Source: a virus
Taxonomy: Duplodnaviria > Caudoviricetes
IMG/VR virus record: IMGVR_UViG_3300032239_001501
Span: 1 to 64,000 of that record
Length of the DNA stretch: 64,000 nt
Reading direction: 5' to 3' (one strand)
Position 1 is the first letter of the stretch. The number at the start of each line of letters is the position of its first letter. Of this stretch, positions 41,801 to 51,200 are shown in pieces. Both the position numbers and the translations under genes were made by a program. The notes under the pieces were generated by a model, which ran no database searches, was not told the DNA's origin, and saw only the letters and a list, made by a program, of their open reading frames with translations.

Positions 41801-43898
41801 TATCAACAAGAACATTTAATACTGAAGGATGATCAACAACTATTTTCCAAGTAAGACTACCACTTCTACTTGTATTATTGTAAGTGTAAATTGGCTCAGG
41901 TCTTCCAATAAAATCAGTATTTTTCCAGTTAGCGGTAACTGATTCTGTAAATGTTAATCCATATGGAGGAAACCACATTACTCTACCACCATTAGGTCCT
42001 CTTTCACAAATAGCCAAATCTGAAACAGAATATCCTGGTGTATTAGATGTTCTCCAAGCAAGATTTTCTAACGAAAACATATATTTTTTAGCATATGATA
42101 GACTATTTGTTCCGATAAGATTTGTTGAATCTTGTCCACCTTCTTGTTTGTTTGGATAGATATTTAAGTTCCATGTTTTATCCATGACAGAATATGAAAA
42201 CTTTCTACCTTCAGTTGTCATACCATTTCTTTTCTGAAGATCATTGTATTGTAAATAAGGAACGTCTTTAGTAAACACACGACAGTATTCAGTACCAACT
42301 TCTTGTCCAATTGACCCAACATACTTCAATACTCTAGAACCCTTTGTAATCTCTCTATAACCATCATTAAAGACCTTACTAACTTGGTCTATAGCATTAC
42401 CAACATGTTGTAATCTTCTTGCTCCTGCAGGTTGGCTATTGATTAATCTTTGAGTATCATCAAGTATTGAACCTTCAGTATATGTTTGATTTGTTGATTC
42501 AGTCTTATCATATGATGATGGTCTAAAGTCCGAATCTTGTCTAATAATTTCTCCTCTAATTCCAACATATTTTCCCGCATTACCTTTATACTTTGGTGAT
42601 ACCCATGTAAAACCGCCTTCAATACCACCACCATTACCATATGTTGGTCCATTAGCTCCAAGTTTACTTTCTTTATCTGGACCCTCATATAGTGCCGCAA
42701 GTTCACTAGGACCGTAAACAGGTGATTGAACTTCTTGTCCAAATTGGTTTACTGGTATATCACCTCCAGGTGAAAATACTCTTGATGGATCTGATGTTCT
42801 TGACCCTACATAAAAATTACTATTATTGGTTGTAGATCCAACTAAAGCCCCACCAACTCTATCAAATAAAGTTCTTTGATAATCTGGCTTATATTTGTTG
42901 TAGTCAATATTTCCAAATAATCTGGATTTTTGACCACCACCTGTATTGTTTAGGAATAATTGTGAACCTGTTTTATCTCCACCTAACAATCTGCTAAATC
43001 CTTTACCAACAGATGTTTTAAGAAACGCAGCACTTAATTGTTGTATTGTTGTTGGTTGTCCTGAATTGATACTTGCATCAAAATAAGAACCTGGTATTGT
43101 TGATGTTGGTATTGTACTACCAGCAAGTCTTAAAGCAAAATCTGTTGCTGCAATTATTGGATTTGATGGAGCGGTGATAGTATAGTTAGGTTCAATTAAT
43201 GGAACTCTTCCTGTCACTAAATTCAAAACATCGGTTCCACTTCTTACATTAAAGACATTAGCTCTTCCAACTGTTTGTTGATAAATTCCTGTTGCAATTC
43301 TTTCTTCAAACCCCTTTCTTAATCTTGAAGCACCTAAACGAGCAAGATATGAGTCAGAACTTAATGTTCCATTACTACCTTGTGGATCAGGACTTAATAA
43401 AATTGAAACCGGTCCATAAGATGATGGATTAAAATTTGGATATGGTTGGTTATTATAATACCTTAAACTACCATTAGCATCAATAGTTTCTAATGATTGT
43501 ACAAATTCTGCACCATCATACAGTTGTTCACTACCGTTACCAAAAGCATTAACTTTTCTCCAATTTTTTGATTCTGGTTCTGCTTCACTTAAAATATTTG
43601 CATCTTGAAACCCATATTCCCCATTATTTGATACTGAGTTAGTATTACCTATTGGATCTGGAACTTGTTTGTACCCACCTTCATTACCCCATCTATTAAG
43701 TGGATATAATTTATTTGCAAATGATGGTTCATCTATTAATTGGTCAGGACTATCAATTACTGAAGTATCTGACTGTATATATTCGTAGTTATTTGGTGGC
43801 GTAGGTCTATTAGGAGCCTTAGCATAAGGTGTTAAGTTTCTCGTAATGAGTTTCTTTCTAAAAACTTCTGAATTAACTAAATCTAATGGACTCCCCAT
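38871..43898 (-). CDS. Large baseplate / tube-initiator-like protein with an inserted OmpA-C-like domain
   Basis: Tube-like segments FPPYGLTFTESVTANW..DFIGRPEPIYTY..SRSGSLTWKI and APPVLVLRVGD...MIANVTLSFNFVGG flank YNKQLATRRIYSA...AFGEE. Sits between the tape measure and the LysM-like gene. Confidence 0.6.
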   Translation of the reverse strand: MGSPLDLVNSEVFRKKLITRNLTPYAKAPNRPTPPNNYEYIQSDTSVIDSPDQLIDEPSFANKLYPLNRWGNEGGYKQVPDPIGNTNSVSNNGEYGFQDANILSEAEPESKNWRKVNAFGNGSEQLYDGAEFVQSLETIDANGSLRYYNNQPYPNFNPSSYGPVSILLSPDPQGSNGTLSSDSYLARLGASRLRKGFEERIATGIYQQTVGRANVFNVRSGTDVLNLVTGRVPLIEPNYTITAPSNPIIAATDFALRLAGSTIPTSTIPGSYFDASINSGQPTTIQQLSAAFLKTSVGKGFSRLLGGDKTGSQLFLNNTGGGQKSRLFGNIDYNKYKPDYQRTLFDRVGGALVGSTTNNSNFYVGSRTSDPSRVFSPGGDIPVNQFGQEVQSPVYGPSELAALYEGPDKESKLGANGPTYGNGGGIEGGFTWVSPKYKGNAGKYVGIRGEIIRQDSDFRPSSYDKTESTNQTYTEGSILDDTQRLINSQPAGARRLQHVGNAIDQVSKVFNDGYREITKGSRVLKYVGSIGQEVGTEYCRVFTKDVPYLQYNDLQKRNGMTTEGRKFSYSVMDKTWNLNIYPNKQEGGQDSTNLIGTNSLSYAKKYMFSLENLAWRTSNTPGYSVSDLAICERGPNGGRVMWFPPYGLTFTESVTANWKNTDFIGRPEPIYTYNNTSRSGSLTWKIVVDHPSVLNVLVDKVLKNETNRPRIDSIIDSFFAGCRTYDLYELAKKYVTINPNDLYELQQMISSKEMTKEQLTYAVKTIQTGVKSDPQTQPVAPNNSTNPFENFDNFGFYFDNDIPKTQELVANYNSEYDTYSSNVLSGSYTKQTTASVTQSFFNSVVTPNYTEIKNLCTLIKNQIEQNKSGEGNITIIIEASCSAPASSSYNKQLATRRIYSAIQYFKTNPDTAQYYNNKLIVTSGTAFGEEASVLQYDDQTKKFIKGTTISCTDNDANAKGGDTLSQTNKIYSTTAMACRRAYISNIKSTLTQTPVQQNAQPVQQQPQPQLSNVIVGTVTPVTTTVQQIEEKWVERDNITKRVLRSLLSECNYFEAIKEDSPMVYDNLKEKLKFFQPGFHSMTPEGLNTRLTFLQQCMRPGDTIPTIKTVGQKNELQYNNATNTAFGAPPVLVLRVGDFYNTKIIPIGLQLTYEDLDINPEGIGIQPMIANVTLSFNFVGGSGLKESVDKLQNALTFNYYANTEMYDDRADVTDLSYKVIDKAWINAGPQPPGPTLNQTQDNNPQTNEATIGDILSTSGTTGTISYKKFMNNFVAETQTYFQTFVNKSKECVKQYNNAMLQNWTSSRNYVSGTFLVDTTPGKEILIVGKPDNIQKIVDNITNDYIADIESDDSATQDRFINFMSGTEKRFSPKVIRQLKMNMKNFVTNTKSSYQSAITQLNQDLVTQQQKYIQYLTRANVIPLYKSGPDTGTDGLQEKNGNITIYDISGTTNVYSTSEAADTFIEIQNDIRKIGYSVSSFYDLIVKKSKFTYESSQYTGNALYGVSSEGTTYDKDLKSKVFEPFSKDDTFQVLSFKRMYMILSAEILDDKRYQTFKNAIIGDIIKNTDIIGSGSSDISAQFDAYWIGIAKPLFSKENTITTAFFDSLEKGQLKDYINYTPFGVKDRLFTFEKSTSPTASQTTMITGLGRVLANTDKNSWNNNDGKPSVYVSKLKLN

Positions 43899-43911
43899 TT
43901 AATGTTTTTAT

Positions 43912-43919
43912 TATAAATA
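43912..43919 (-). promoter_or_regulatory. TATTTATA motif (putative late promoter)
   Basis: cTATTTATAataaaaacatt, 13 nt upstream of ATG 43898; nearly the same context as 45812. Confidence 0.6.
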
Positions 43920-43947
43920 GGTTAATTGGTATTTTTCTGATGATGAA

Positions 43948-45798
43948 TTATTTTGTCTTTTCTAATTCTTTGTTTTTTTGTTGGACATATGAGTATATCA
44001 TTTTTTTAAAATTTTCACTCTTAAGCAATTGTTCAAGATATTGAGTGCTAACTCCAGATGGTGCGTCTATTTTAACTGTAAATGTAACATCATCTTTAGA
44101 TGTTCTATTTGTTTCATTTACAGCAGATGTTAATGTTTGATTTGGATTTGATGCTTTATCTAATGATTCTGTTCCGTATAAACTAAGATTAGTTGATTTC
44201 GCATTTGCTGCGTTTGCAGTTGCGGCAGTAACACCTGATTTAGGTTTTTCTGATTTACCCTCTACAATATTTTTTAATTCATCCATTGCCGCCATAGACA
44301 TTTTACCAATTTCACCACTTTTATATCCTAAATTTTTGTCTTTTAAACTATTATAAATTTGTTTAGTTACCTGTTCTAAAGTTGCCGTAACATCTTTTCC
44401 TTGATCTTTAAACTTAGTACCCAATTCTGCAAAAACTTCTCCATATGATTTTTTACCTTCATATAGTTCTGATGCGGCATCTCTAATCGCGTCCGAAGCT
44501 TTTTCAAAAAATTGTTTATTGAAAATTTCAGATTTACCTAACTTATCAGATGCAATTCCAGTTGGAATTGTAATTGTTTTCCTTAAAGACTCCATATTAT
44601 CTTTAACAAAAGAAGTTGAAACTGCACCTCTAACAACCGCTTCTTTAATTGCTGCAACATCATTCGCCACAAGATCACTAGTTTTTAGTGATGCCCTTGC
44701 AATGTCTTCCATTGATTTTGGAGATTCTTTTTGTTCTTTAATTAACTTATCAAACTCCTCTTGTGTTACTTCACTTAATTTTTTTGTTGCATCCATTCCT
44801 GATGCATCTCTTATTTTAACAACATATTCTCCAGAAGCATCCATTTCAGACAAATTAGATAAAAATTGTTTGTCTGATTCATCTTTAAATTTAAGACTTG
44901 GACTAATTTGTGATAATCTTTTATCTGTTTCGGCAGCAGCTAATCCCATTTTGGTCAATGTACCTGCAGCTAAACCAGATTCTTTTTCCATCTCTTTCAA
45001 AGTAAGAATACCTTGAGGATTAATTTTAAATGTTTTTGATTTATCATCAAAATATGTAAATTGTTTTGCCACATTAGCCAAACTATCTTGTAAAGCTCCT
45101 GGATCATTAATTGACGCATTCATTAAAGCAAATGGGTCTGCAAGAGCCCCTGCAGATACTCCAAGTCTTTGAAAAGCCGACGCCATGTTAATTGCCGCCT
45201 CAGGATTCATCATTTTTTCTGCAAAACCAAGAGCAAAACTCATATCCACTCTAAGCATAGAAGCTCTTGCAGCCATTTTAGTCATTCCTTGAACTCCACC
45301 TTCAAAATTAAATTGATTAAGTTGTGATGCATTCTCAGTTACTTGTTTCATCACTGCTTTGGTATTCAATCCCAAGTCGCTTACAGTTGAAACTGATTTC
45401 TCTAATTCACCACCAATAACTCCAAATTGAATACCAACATCCGTAAATTTAGTAACAATATCTGAAACATCACCCCCTAAAACTTGAGTTGTAGCATATA
45501 ATTTGGCAACACTATCTGCAGAAGCTAATGTTTGTTTTTTTGTTGCATCAGCAATCGCAACCATTGCATCAGTAGTATCTTTAAAATCAGCCCCAAGTCT
45601 TCTCATTCTTGGTGCCGCTTCACTAACCGCAGTCATCATTTCACCAACCCTTGCTCGTGAAGAAGCAAATGCTCCTGTCATTTCATTGGCAGCTTTAGTC
45701 ATTTCTTGAGCTGATTTAATAAACTCCTTAGCACTAAAATTAGCAGCTTCCGCCATTTTTTCACTAAATCCTTCTGTTGTTGATTTGTCGTCAGCCAT
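43948..45798 (-). CDS. Tail tape measure protein
   Basis: 616-aa Ala/Lys/Met-rich helical protein directly downstream of the tube and chaperone genes. Confidence 0.75.
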   Translation of the reverse strand: MADDKSTTEGFSEKMAEAANFSAKEFIKSAQEMTKAANEMTGAFASSRARVGEMMTAVSEAAPRMRRLGADFKDTTDAMVAIADATKKQTLASADSVAKLYATTQVLGGDVSDIVTKFTDVGIQFGVIGGELEKSVSTVSDLGLNTKAVMKQVTENASQLNQFNFEGGVQGMTKMAARASMLRVDMSFALGFAEKMMNPEAAINMASAFQRLGVSAGALADPFALMNASINDPGALQDSLANVAKQFTYFDDKSKTFKINPQGILTLKEMEKESGLAAGTLTKMGLAAAETDKRLSQISPSLKFKDESDKQFLSNLSEMDASGEYVVKIRDASGMDATKKLSEVTQEEFDKLIKEQKESPKSMEDIARASLKTSDLVANDVAAIKEAVVRGAVSTSFVKDNMESLRKTITIPTGIASDKLGKSEIFNKQFFEKASDAIRDAASELYEGKKSYGEVFAELGTKFKDQGKDVTATLEQVTKQIYNSLKDKNLGYKSGEIGKMSMAAMDELKNIVEGKSEKPKSGVTAATANAANAKSTNLSLYGTESLDKASNPNQTLTSAVNETNRTSKDDVTFTVKIDAPSGVSTQYLEQLLKSENFKKMIYSYVQQKNKELEKTK

Positions 45799-45811
45799 TG
45801 AAATGTTTTAT

Positions 45812-45819
45812 TATAAATA
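45812..45819 (-). promoter_or_regulatory. TATTTATA motif (putative late promoter)
   Basis: cTATTTATAataaaacatt, 13 nt upstream of ATG 45798. Confidence 0.6.
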
Positions 45820-45820
45820 G

Positions 45821-45851
45821 AAGAAGGACTAATTTTTTTTTAGTCCTTCTT
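45821..45851 (-). terminator. 12-bp hairpin at the end of the chaperone extension frame
   Basis: aagaaggactaa / ttagtccttctt inverted repeat overlapping the TAA at 45840-45842; weak U-tract. Confidence 0.55.
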
Positions 45852-45992
45852 GTTATTTTCAACCCATTTGTCTAATAGATATTTTCTTACAAATATGGGC
45901 ATTCGTTCAAAATCTTGCCATGTAATCTTGAGTAGTGTATTCAAATAAAAAAACTCATCAAGTTGTCCTTTTCTATAATCAGAAGAAAGGAC
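45840..45992 (-). CDS. +1-frame extension of the tail assembly chaperone (50 aa), probably reached by programmed frameshift
   Basis: Open frame VLSSDYRKGQLDEFFYLNTLLKITWQDFERMPIFVRKYLLDKWVENNKKD* fills the gap before the tape measure gene and has no ATG near its 5' end. Confidence 0.7.
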   Translation of the reverse strand, partial: VLSSDYRKGQLDEFFYLNTLLKITWQDFERMPIFVRKYLLDKWVENNKKD

Positions 45993-46722
45993 GAAAAAAC
46001 TCCACCCCAAAACCGACGTTAACTGTCAGTCTATCTCCTGATGGGGTTGTTACTATTCGGTTCATGTCTAATCTTGGTTCATTTTCATCCATAAAATTTC
46101 TGATGAATTTTGAATCCATAATTGGCATTTGTTCAATAAATTTAGATATTTCTCCTCTTCCAGTATTTCCATCAACTTCAACAATTTGTTTTTCAAGTCT
46201 CCAAGTTACTTTAGGTACTGTTCTTCCTTGTGGATATAATTCACTCATTTTAGATATATTCATAACCTCACCATAAGTCATAGGTCTTAACTTAACAACA
46301 CTATTTGATTTTGGAAGAGTTACCAAGAATGTACCATCTTCTAACGGTTCTTGACCTTTAACAACATTAAGTTCATCTAAAACAACTGTTGTTTGAAATG
46401 GTTTTTTTGTTGCTGGATCAGTAACGTTAATTGTTAATTCGGGTCCAAAAGAAGTATTTCTTAAGAAGATTAGAATTGCTTCAACATCTCCTTCCAATAA
46501 ATCTTCAACTTTAATATCGGGTTCATATAACTTACCTTTAATTAAATTAGTAGTTACATCGTCTCCTCCTGCCATTAAAATATTTTCATCAGATGCGGTC
46601 AAATAACCAATCTTAACTGATTTCTTTTTGTTTTTGTAAAAAATTCCTTGTGATGGCAATGGAACCACATCATGAGGAAGTGTGAAATTCTGTTGTGCGT
46701 AATTTTGTGTTTGATTGTCCAT
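45979..46722 (-). CDS. Tail / baseplate-hub assembly chaperone (T4 gp26-like)
   Basis: VPLPSQG, YLTASDENIL, DVEAILIFLRNTSFG, ends GVEFFRPFF; lies between the tube and tape measure genes. Confidence 0.75.
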   Translation of the reverse strand: MDNQTQNYAQQNFTLPHDVVPLPSQGIFYKNKKKSVKIGYLTASDENILMAGGDDVTTNLIKGKLYEPDIKVEDLLEGDVEAILIFLRNTSFGPELTINVTDPATKKPFQTTVVLDELNVVKGQEPLEDGTFLVTLPKSNSVVKLRPMTYGEVMNISKMSELYPQGRTVPKVTWRLEKQIVEVDGNTGRGEISKFIEQMPIMDSKFIRNFMDENEPRLDMNRIVTTPSGDRLTVNVGFGVEFFRPFF

Positions 46723-46724
46723 AT

Positions 46725-46761
46725 AAAAAAAATAACCGTAAAGTTTATGCCTTTACGGTTA
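46725..46761 (-). terminator. Intrinsic terminator after the tail tube gene
   Basis: taaccgtaaag-7nt-ctttacggtta hairpin followed by a U-tract ending just before ATG 46722. Confidence 0.8.
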
Positions 46762-46807
46762 AATATAATTTAAATTTGTTTTTTATAAATATTAAAATAT
46801 TAAAATA

Positions 46808-47296
46808 TTAATAAACAAGTACACATCTATCCATTCTTAATGAAGCTGAAATATCAGCAAGAGCATCAGTTGAATATCCAAGAGTACCAAAATCCACACT
46901 TGTTAAGAAGGTTCCATAAAGAATCCACTTTTCAACAACTACTCCTGTTGGGTCCAACATCTCCAAATCAATGTCTTTCTTATAACCTGCAGCATATCCC
47001 ATACGACCTGTTACAGACTCAGCATGTAAACGAACCCACTCCATAAGAGCTTGAGATGCTGAAGGTCCAATCGGGTCTCTAAATTTAACCGAAATTTCAT
47101 CCCAATTAAATCTACCAGCAACAAATGTTGATGTATTTAAAAATTGTATTTCTGTTGAAGCAATTTTGATAGACGGTCTTTTTGCGCTTTCCACAAACCA
47201 TTCATTTATTCCTAAACTTGAAGGAAACCTCAAGATGAATCGGTTTTGACGTTTCGGTTCGTAAGGAATCGGCATTTTCATTAGTAAATCAGCCAT
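46808..47296 (-). CDS. Tail tube protein (T4 gp19-like)
   Basis: EPKRQNRF, AGRFNWDEISVKFRD, GYKKDIDLEMLDPTGVVVEKWILYGTF, LRMDRC. Confidence 0.9.
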   Translation of the reverse strand: MADLLMKMPIPYEPKRQNRFILRFPSSLGINEWFVESAKRPSIKIASTEIQFLNTSTFVAGRFNWDEISVKFRDPIGPSASQALMEWVRLHAESVTGRMGYAAGYKKDIDLEMLDPTGVVVEKWILYGTFLTSVDFGTLGYSTDALADISASLRMDRCVLVY

Positions 47297-47331
47297 GTTA
47301 TTTAAATTTTGTTTTTTTTTATTTTATATAT

Positions 47332-47339
47332 TATAAATA
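47332..47339 (-). promoter_or_regulatory. TATTTATA motif (putative late promoter) for the tail tube gene
   Basis: 35 nt upstream of ATG 47296. Confidence 0.55.
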
Positions 47340-47402
47340 TAGTCTTCTTAAAAATATTTCTATTTACTTTATTTTAAAAAAGAATATTCATTATTTATAT
47401 TC

Positions 47403-48230
47403 TCATTTATATTCTTTCTTAGATCCTCCAGCAGTAGAATAAGTTTTAACTATATTATCTGGTTTATCTTTAAAATGCTTACTTATCTTTTCTACATTCT
47501 TTATATCATCATCTGAAAATCCTATTTTAGGTTTATCTGGTATAAAATTATTACTTATATCTTTTTTCAGAAATGCTTTTTTATTAAGAAATGCTGCAAG
47601 ACCTTTAACATAATCCACAAATTCGTCCATTGCCATAACTTTTAATTCTTCAGGACTAGCAGCACCATTTGTAGTTCCAAAAGAAACTGGATGGTATTTG
47701 TTAAGTTCTAAATATGACCTAATTAAATCATCATCAGACATATCTTGTTCATCCGCAAATGTTCTATACTTCCTAAGATTTTTAACTAATTGGGCTTTAT
47801 CTATACCACCAAAACCATTTATTATATAATTATAAATTGCTTGTTTTAATGTATTTGGATTGTGACCTCTTGCAGTGATTATTGAAAAAATTGAACCGTT
47901 ATTTATTGCCTCTTTAAAATCATCAAATGCTGGTCCTTTTTTAGCCGTCATGGCATCTATTAAAAAATCTTTATCACCTTCAGTTCTAAAGTTTCTAAAT
48001 GGATTATCTGCATACCCAACAATTTTTTCACCTTTATAATCTATAGGTTTTTTACCTAAATCATGTCTATATTTGGCAAAATCATCAGTACTCATTCCAA
48101 TTTCATCACCATCTTCAGTTTTTACCATAATTTTGGTAGGCATATTAACAATATTATCATCCCAATCAAAGGCGTAATATTTCATATCTGGTGTATGTTC
48201 TGACTTAAATCCTTCTACTATTCTTTTCAT
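47403..48230 (-). CDS. HAD-superfamily phosphatase
   Basis: Motif I YAFDWDDNI, motif II IITARG, conserved Lys, motif IV GFSDDD. Confidence 0.75.
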   Translation of the reverse strand: MKRIVEGFKSEHTPDMKYYAFDWDDNIVNMPTKIMVKTEDGDEIGMSTDDFAKYRHDLGKKPIDYKGEKIVGYADNPFRNFRTEGDKDFLIDAMTAKKGPAFDDFKEAINNGSIFSIITARGHNPNTLKQAIYNYIINGFGGIDKAQLVKNLRKYRTFADEQDMSDDDLIRSYLELNKYHPVSFGTTNGAASPEELKVMAMDEFVDYVKGLAAFLNKKAFLKKDISNNFIPDKPKIGFSDDDIKNVEKISKHFKDKPDNIVKTYSTAGGSKKEYK

Positions 48231-48241
48231 ATTGGCTAATA

Positions 48242-48266
48242 AAGGGGGAAGTTAATCTTCCCCCTT
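48242..48266 (-). terminator. Hairpin / terminator after the sheath gene
   Basis: aagggggaag-ttaat-cttccccctt, a 10-bp stem. Confidence 0.7.
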
Positions 48267-48273
48267 ACATGTT

Positions 48274-51200
48274 TTAAATATTTTCAAACGAAGCTCCTGT
48301 TGGAGTGATAAAGAATTCAATATCTATGAATTCTAAAGCCTTCGTTGGTTTAAGGTATATTTTACCCACTAATCTATTCGCATCTAAATCTTCAGGGGTT
48401 GAAGAAACTGTTACACGGAAATCGTATAAACCTCTATCTCTTCTAATTGAATCTAAGATTGGGTTAACACTATCTAAGAATTGTTGTCTAACGATTTGAT
48501 CGTTTTGTTCAAACAATAATCTTACAGCCACTGCAGATATTAATTTACGAGCTTGTAATAATAATCTTCTTACATTTAATCTATTTAATGCGGTATCAGC
48601 AACTTGTAATGTTTTATTACCCCAAATTACTGTTCCAACATCAGAGAAAGTAGCAATAGGATTAATTCTACCTTGATACAATGTATCTCTATTTTCTTGT
48701 GTTAGTTTTTGTCTAGCTTTAATTGAATTAACAAGACCTCTTGTGTAACCCGCTGATGCGAACCAAGGAAATGCTATGTTATCTGTCAAAGCCAAGTTTC
48801 TACAAACTTCACCTGTTGCAGGTAAATAAATTTGTGTATTATTAACTGTATCTCTTGTTAAGATCCAAGGATAGTAAGTTGCTGTGTAGTTTGAATCAAT
48901 TCCTGTGTTGTTTAAGTTATCAACTGCTTCTTGAGAATAGATAATATCATATTGACTTGAAGCATCTGGTGTAAACATATTATAGTCAGGAGTTGTTACA
49001 ATATAAACTGAGTCAGCTCTTGAATATTGAATCATATCAATAGCTTCTTCACATAAGTTAGAGTTATTAACATAATCTATACTTGCAGTTGCAAATATAT
49101 TAATATTTGTTGATTCAGGATTTGCAAAACTAAGAATACCAAGTAAGTAAGCGTAGTAGTCAGTATTTCCAAAGTCCTGAGTGTTATTTTGTACTACGAT
49201 TCTTTTGAATAAACCTTCACCCGTTGCGTTTGGATATCTTGAAGAAGGATATGCTCCCGCTAAATAACCACTTGAACCTAATTGGAAATTATCTGTATTT
49301 GTTCTGTGTTCTCTGTATATATCCCATCCGTCAAATCCACCAGCAAAACATACTGTGTATTTTCTTGAGTAAATAAAGTAATAAGGATTTTCTTGAGATT
49401 CAGGGTCAAATCTAAAATCAGCAGTACCACACTCAAAAGCAGTTTGACCACTTGTTTGGTAAGTATTTGCAATTGTTACAACTGTTGCTCCAGAATCCAT
49501 GTGAAAACCTTTACTTTGAACATTCCAAGGTACTGCTTCTTGTGTTGGATTTGAAATCCAACTAGCTGGTGTTTGTTTTCCTTTATAAGTTAAGAATGAT
49601 TCATCAACACCGTATTGAGTTGAAAATCCTAAATAAGCTCTTCTAACAATATCTCCAGCAGATTCAGTTGTATTTGCAGAACCACCAAATGGAGGATCGG
49701 TAATTGTTTCACCAGGGTAAAAATATTTTGTTTTATATTGAATATATGGTGAAGGATAATCAGAAAGATTGTAATATTCTCTTTGAATATAACCACGGAA
49801 TCCACAAGGAATTGCATCTATAGGTGCTCCATCAGCCATTTCAACCATAATATATTTTGAAATCAAAGCGTATTCACCATTTGAAGTACCAATTTTAACA
49901 CCAATGAAGTTGTTAGAACCTGGATCCATATTACAATTAGTGAATTTTTCAATTACAACAGGAGCAGCATCTGTATCATAAAAATTTCTAATCAATACAT
50001 CAAATGACATATTATTAAATGAAAGATTTGCAATTGAAACTTTAACTTCCATATTTGCAGAATCTCCATCAGAAATTGATATAAATTTAAATAAATTATA
50101 AACTTTATTACCTCTTAATTCTGAAACAAAAAATGGTGTTTCAGGTGATTGGTATCTTTCCAAATTATATGCTATTGATGTATTATCTTCACTTCTAGCA
50201 TCTGGAAGGTCAATCAAAGAACAATTTAATCCTTTAATATATCCTTTTTGATATGCAATATTTAAAGATGATTGATAAGATTCTTCAACAAATACAGGTA
50301 CTGTATATCTTGATTTACCAAAGTTATCAACACCAAATACTTTTGTAATGTATTTTGAAGAAGAAGCCAATAATGAAGTCTCAAATTGGAATGTTGTATT
50401 ATCTTTAGTTGCACCTGATAATAAGAATGTTCCATAAGGATTTGTACTTACTCCAGAATACGAACCATCACAAACCATAGTTAATCCTGTTGTTTCATAT
50501 TTAGGTCCGTGATTTTCAGAATCGGCATTGTTAGTGTATTCTGAAATACCTCTTGAACGTAATGTAGCAACAACCATGTTGTTATATTCACTATAAGCAG
50601 TTCCTGAGAAAGTATATATAGTTCCTGATATTACACCTGTGTATGAATCACCAGAACCTGATACTACTGAACTAACAACATAATCAAAAGAATAACCTGA
50701 ATAATTATCCGCAGAGTAGTTATCAAAGTTTGCATAATACCAAGGATCATTTGAACCTGAACTTAAATCATTATATTCTATATCTCCATCTCCTGGTACT
50801 CCATAAACATTTTCAATATTTGAATATACACTTACCAACGAATACCAATCATCTGCAGGTATTGAACCATAAATTACACATGTATTACCAGAAGCGTTTA
50901 AAGTATCTGTGATATTACTAATGTAATAATTAAAATCACGTTCTAAAGTTGAGACACTTCCATCACTTAATCTATATTGACTAGTATAACTATCCTGCAT
51001 TGTTAAAGGTAAAGTTGATGTATCTAATGTTACAGTATTTGCAGAATTACTACCTGTAAAAGCAGCAGTAAATACAGTTCCAGCAGAAGCTGCCGTAAAC
51101 CCAATAGTTAAAGGGTCAACGTTAGCAGTTACGGTGATTGTCCAAGAAGGACCTGCATCGTATCCCGATAAACCCAATACTCTTGTTACAAAAAGTTGGT

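Noticed and set aside
45940-45999. Canonical -1 frameshift in the tail chaperone
   Set aside because: The -1 frame closes after about 17 codons (SSFLLIIEKDNLMSFFI*); only the +1/-2 frame spans the gap.
44519-46276. Plus-strand ORFs 44519-45016, 45503-45709 and 45935-46276
   Set aside because: Antisense to the tape measure and chaperone genes, with no recognisable motifs. The other short nested ORFs in the track were dismissed for the same reason.
47392-47399. TATTTATA on the plus strand near the end of the HAD gene
   Set aside because: No plus-strand gene follows; compatible with chance in AT-rich DNA, although an antisense promoter cannot be excluded.
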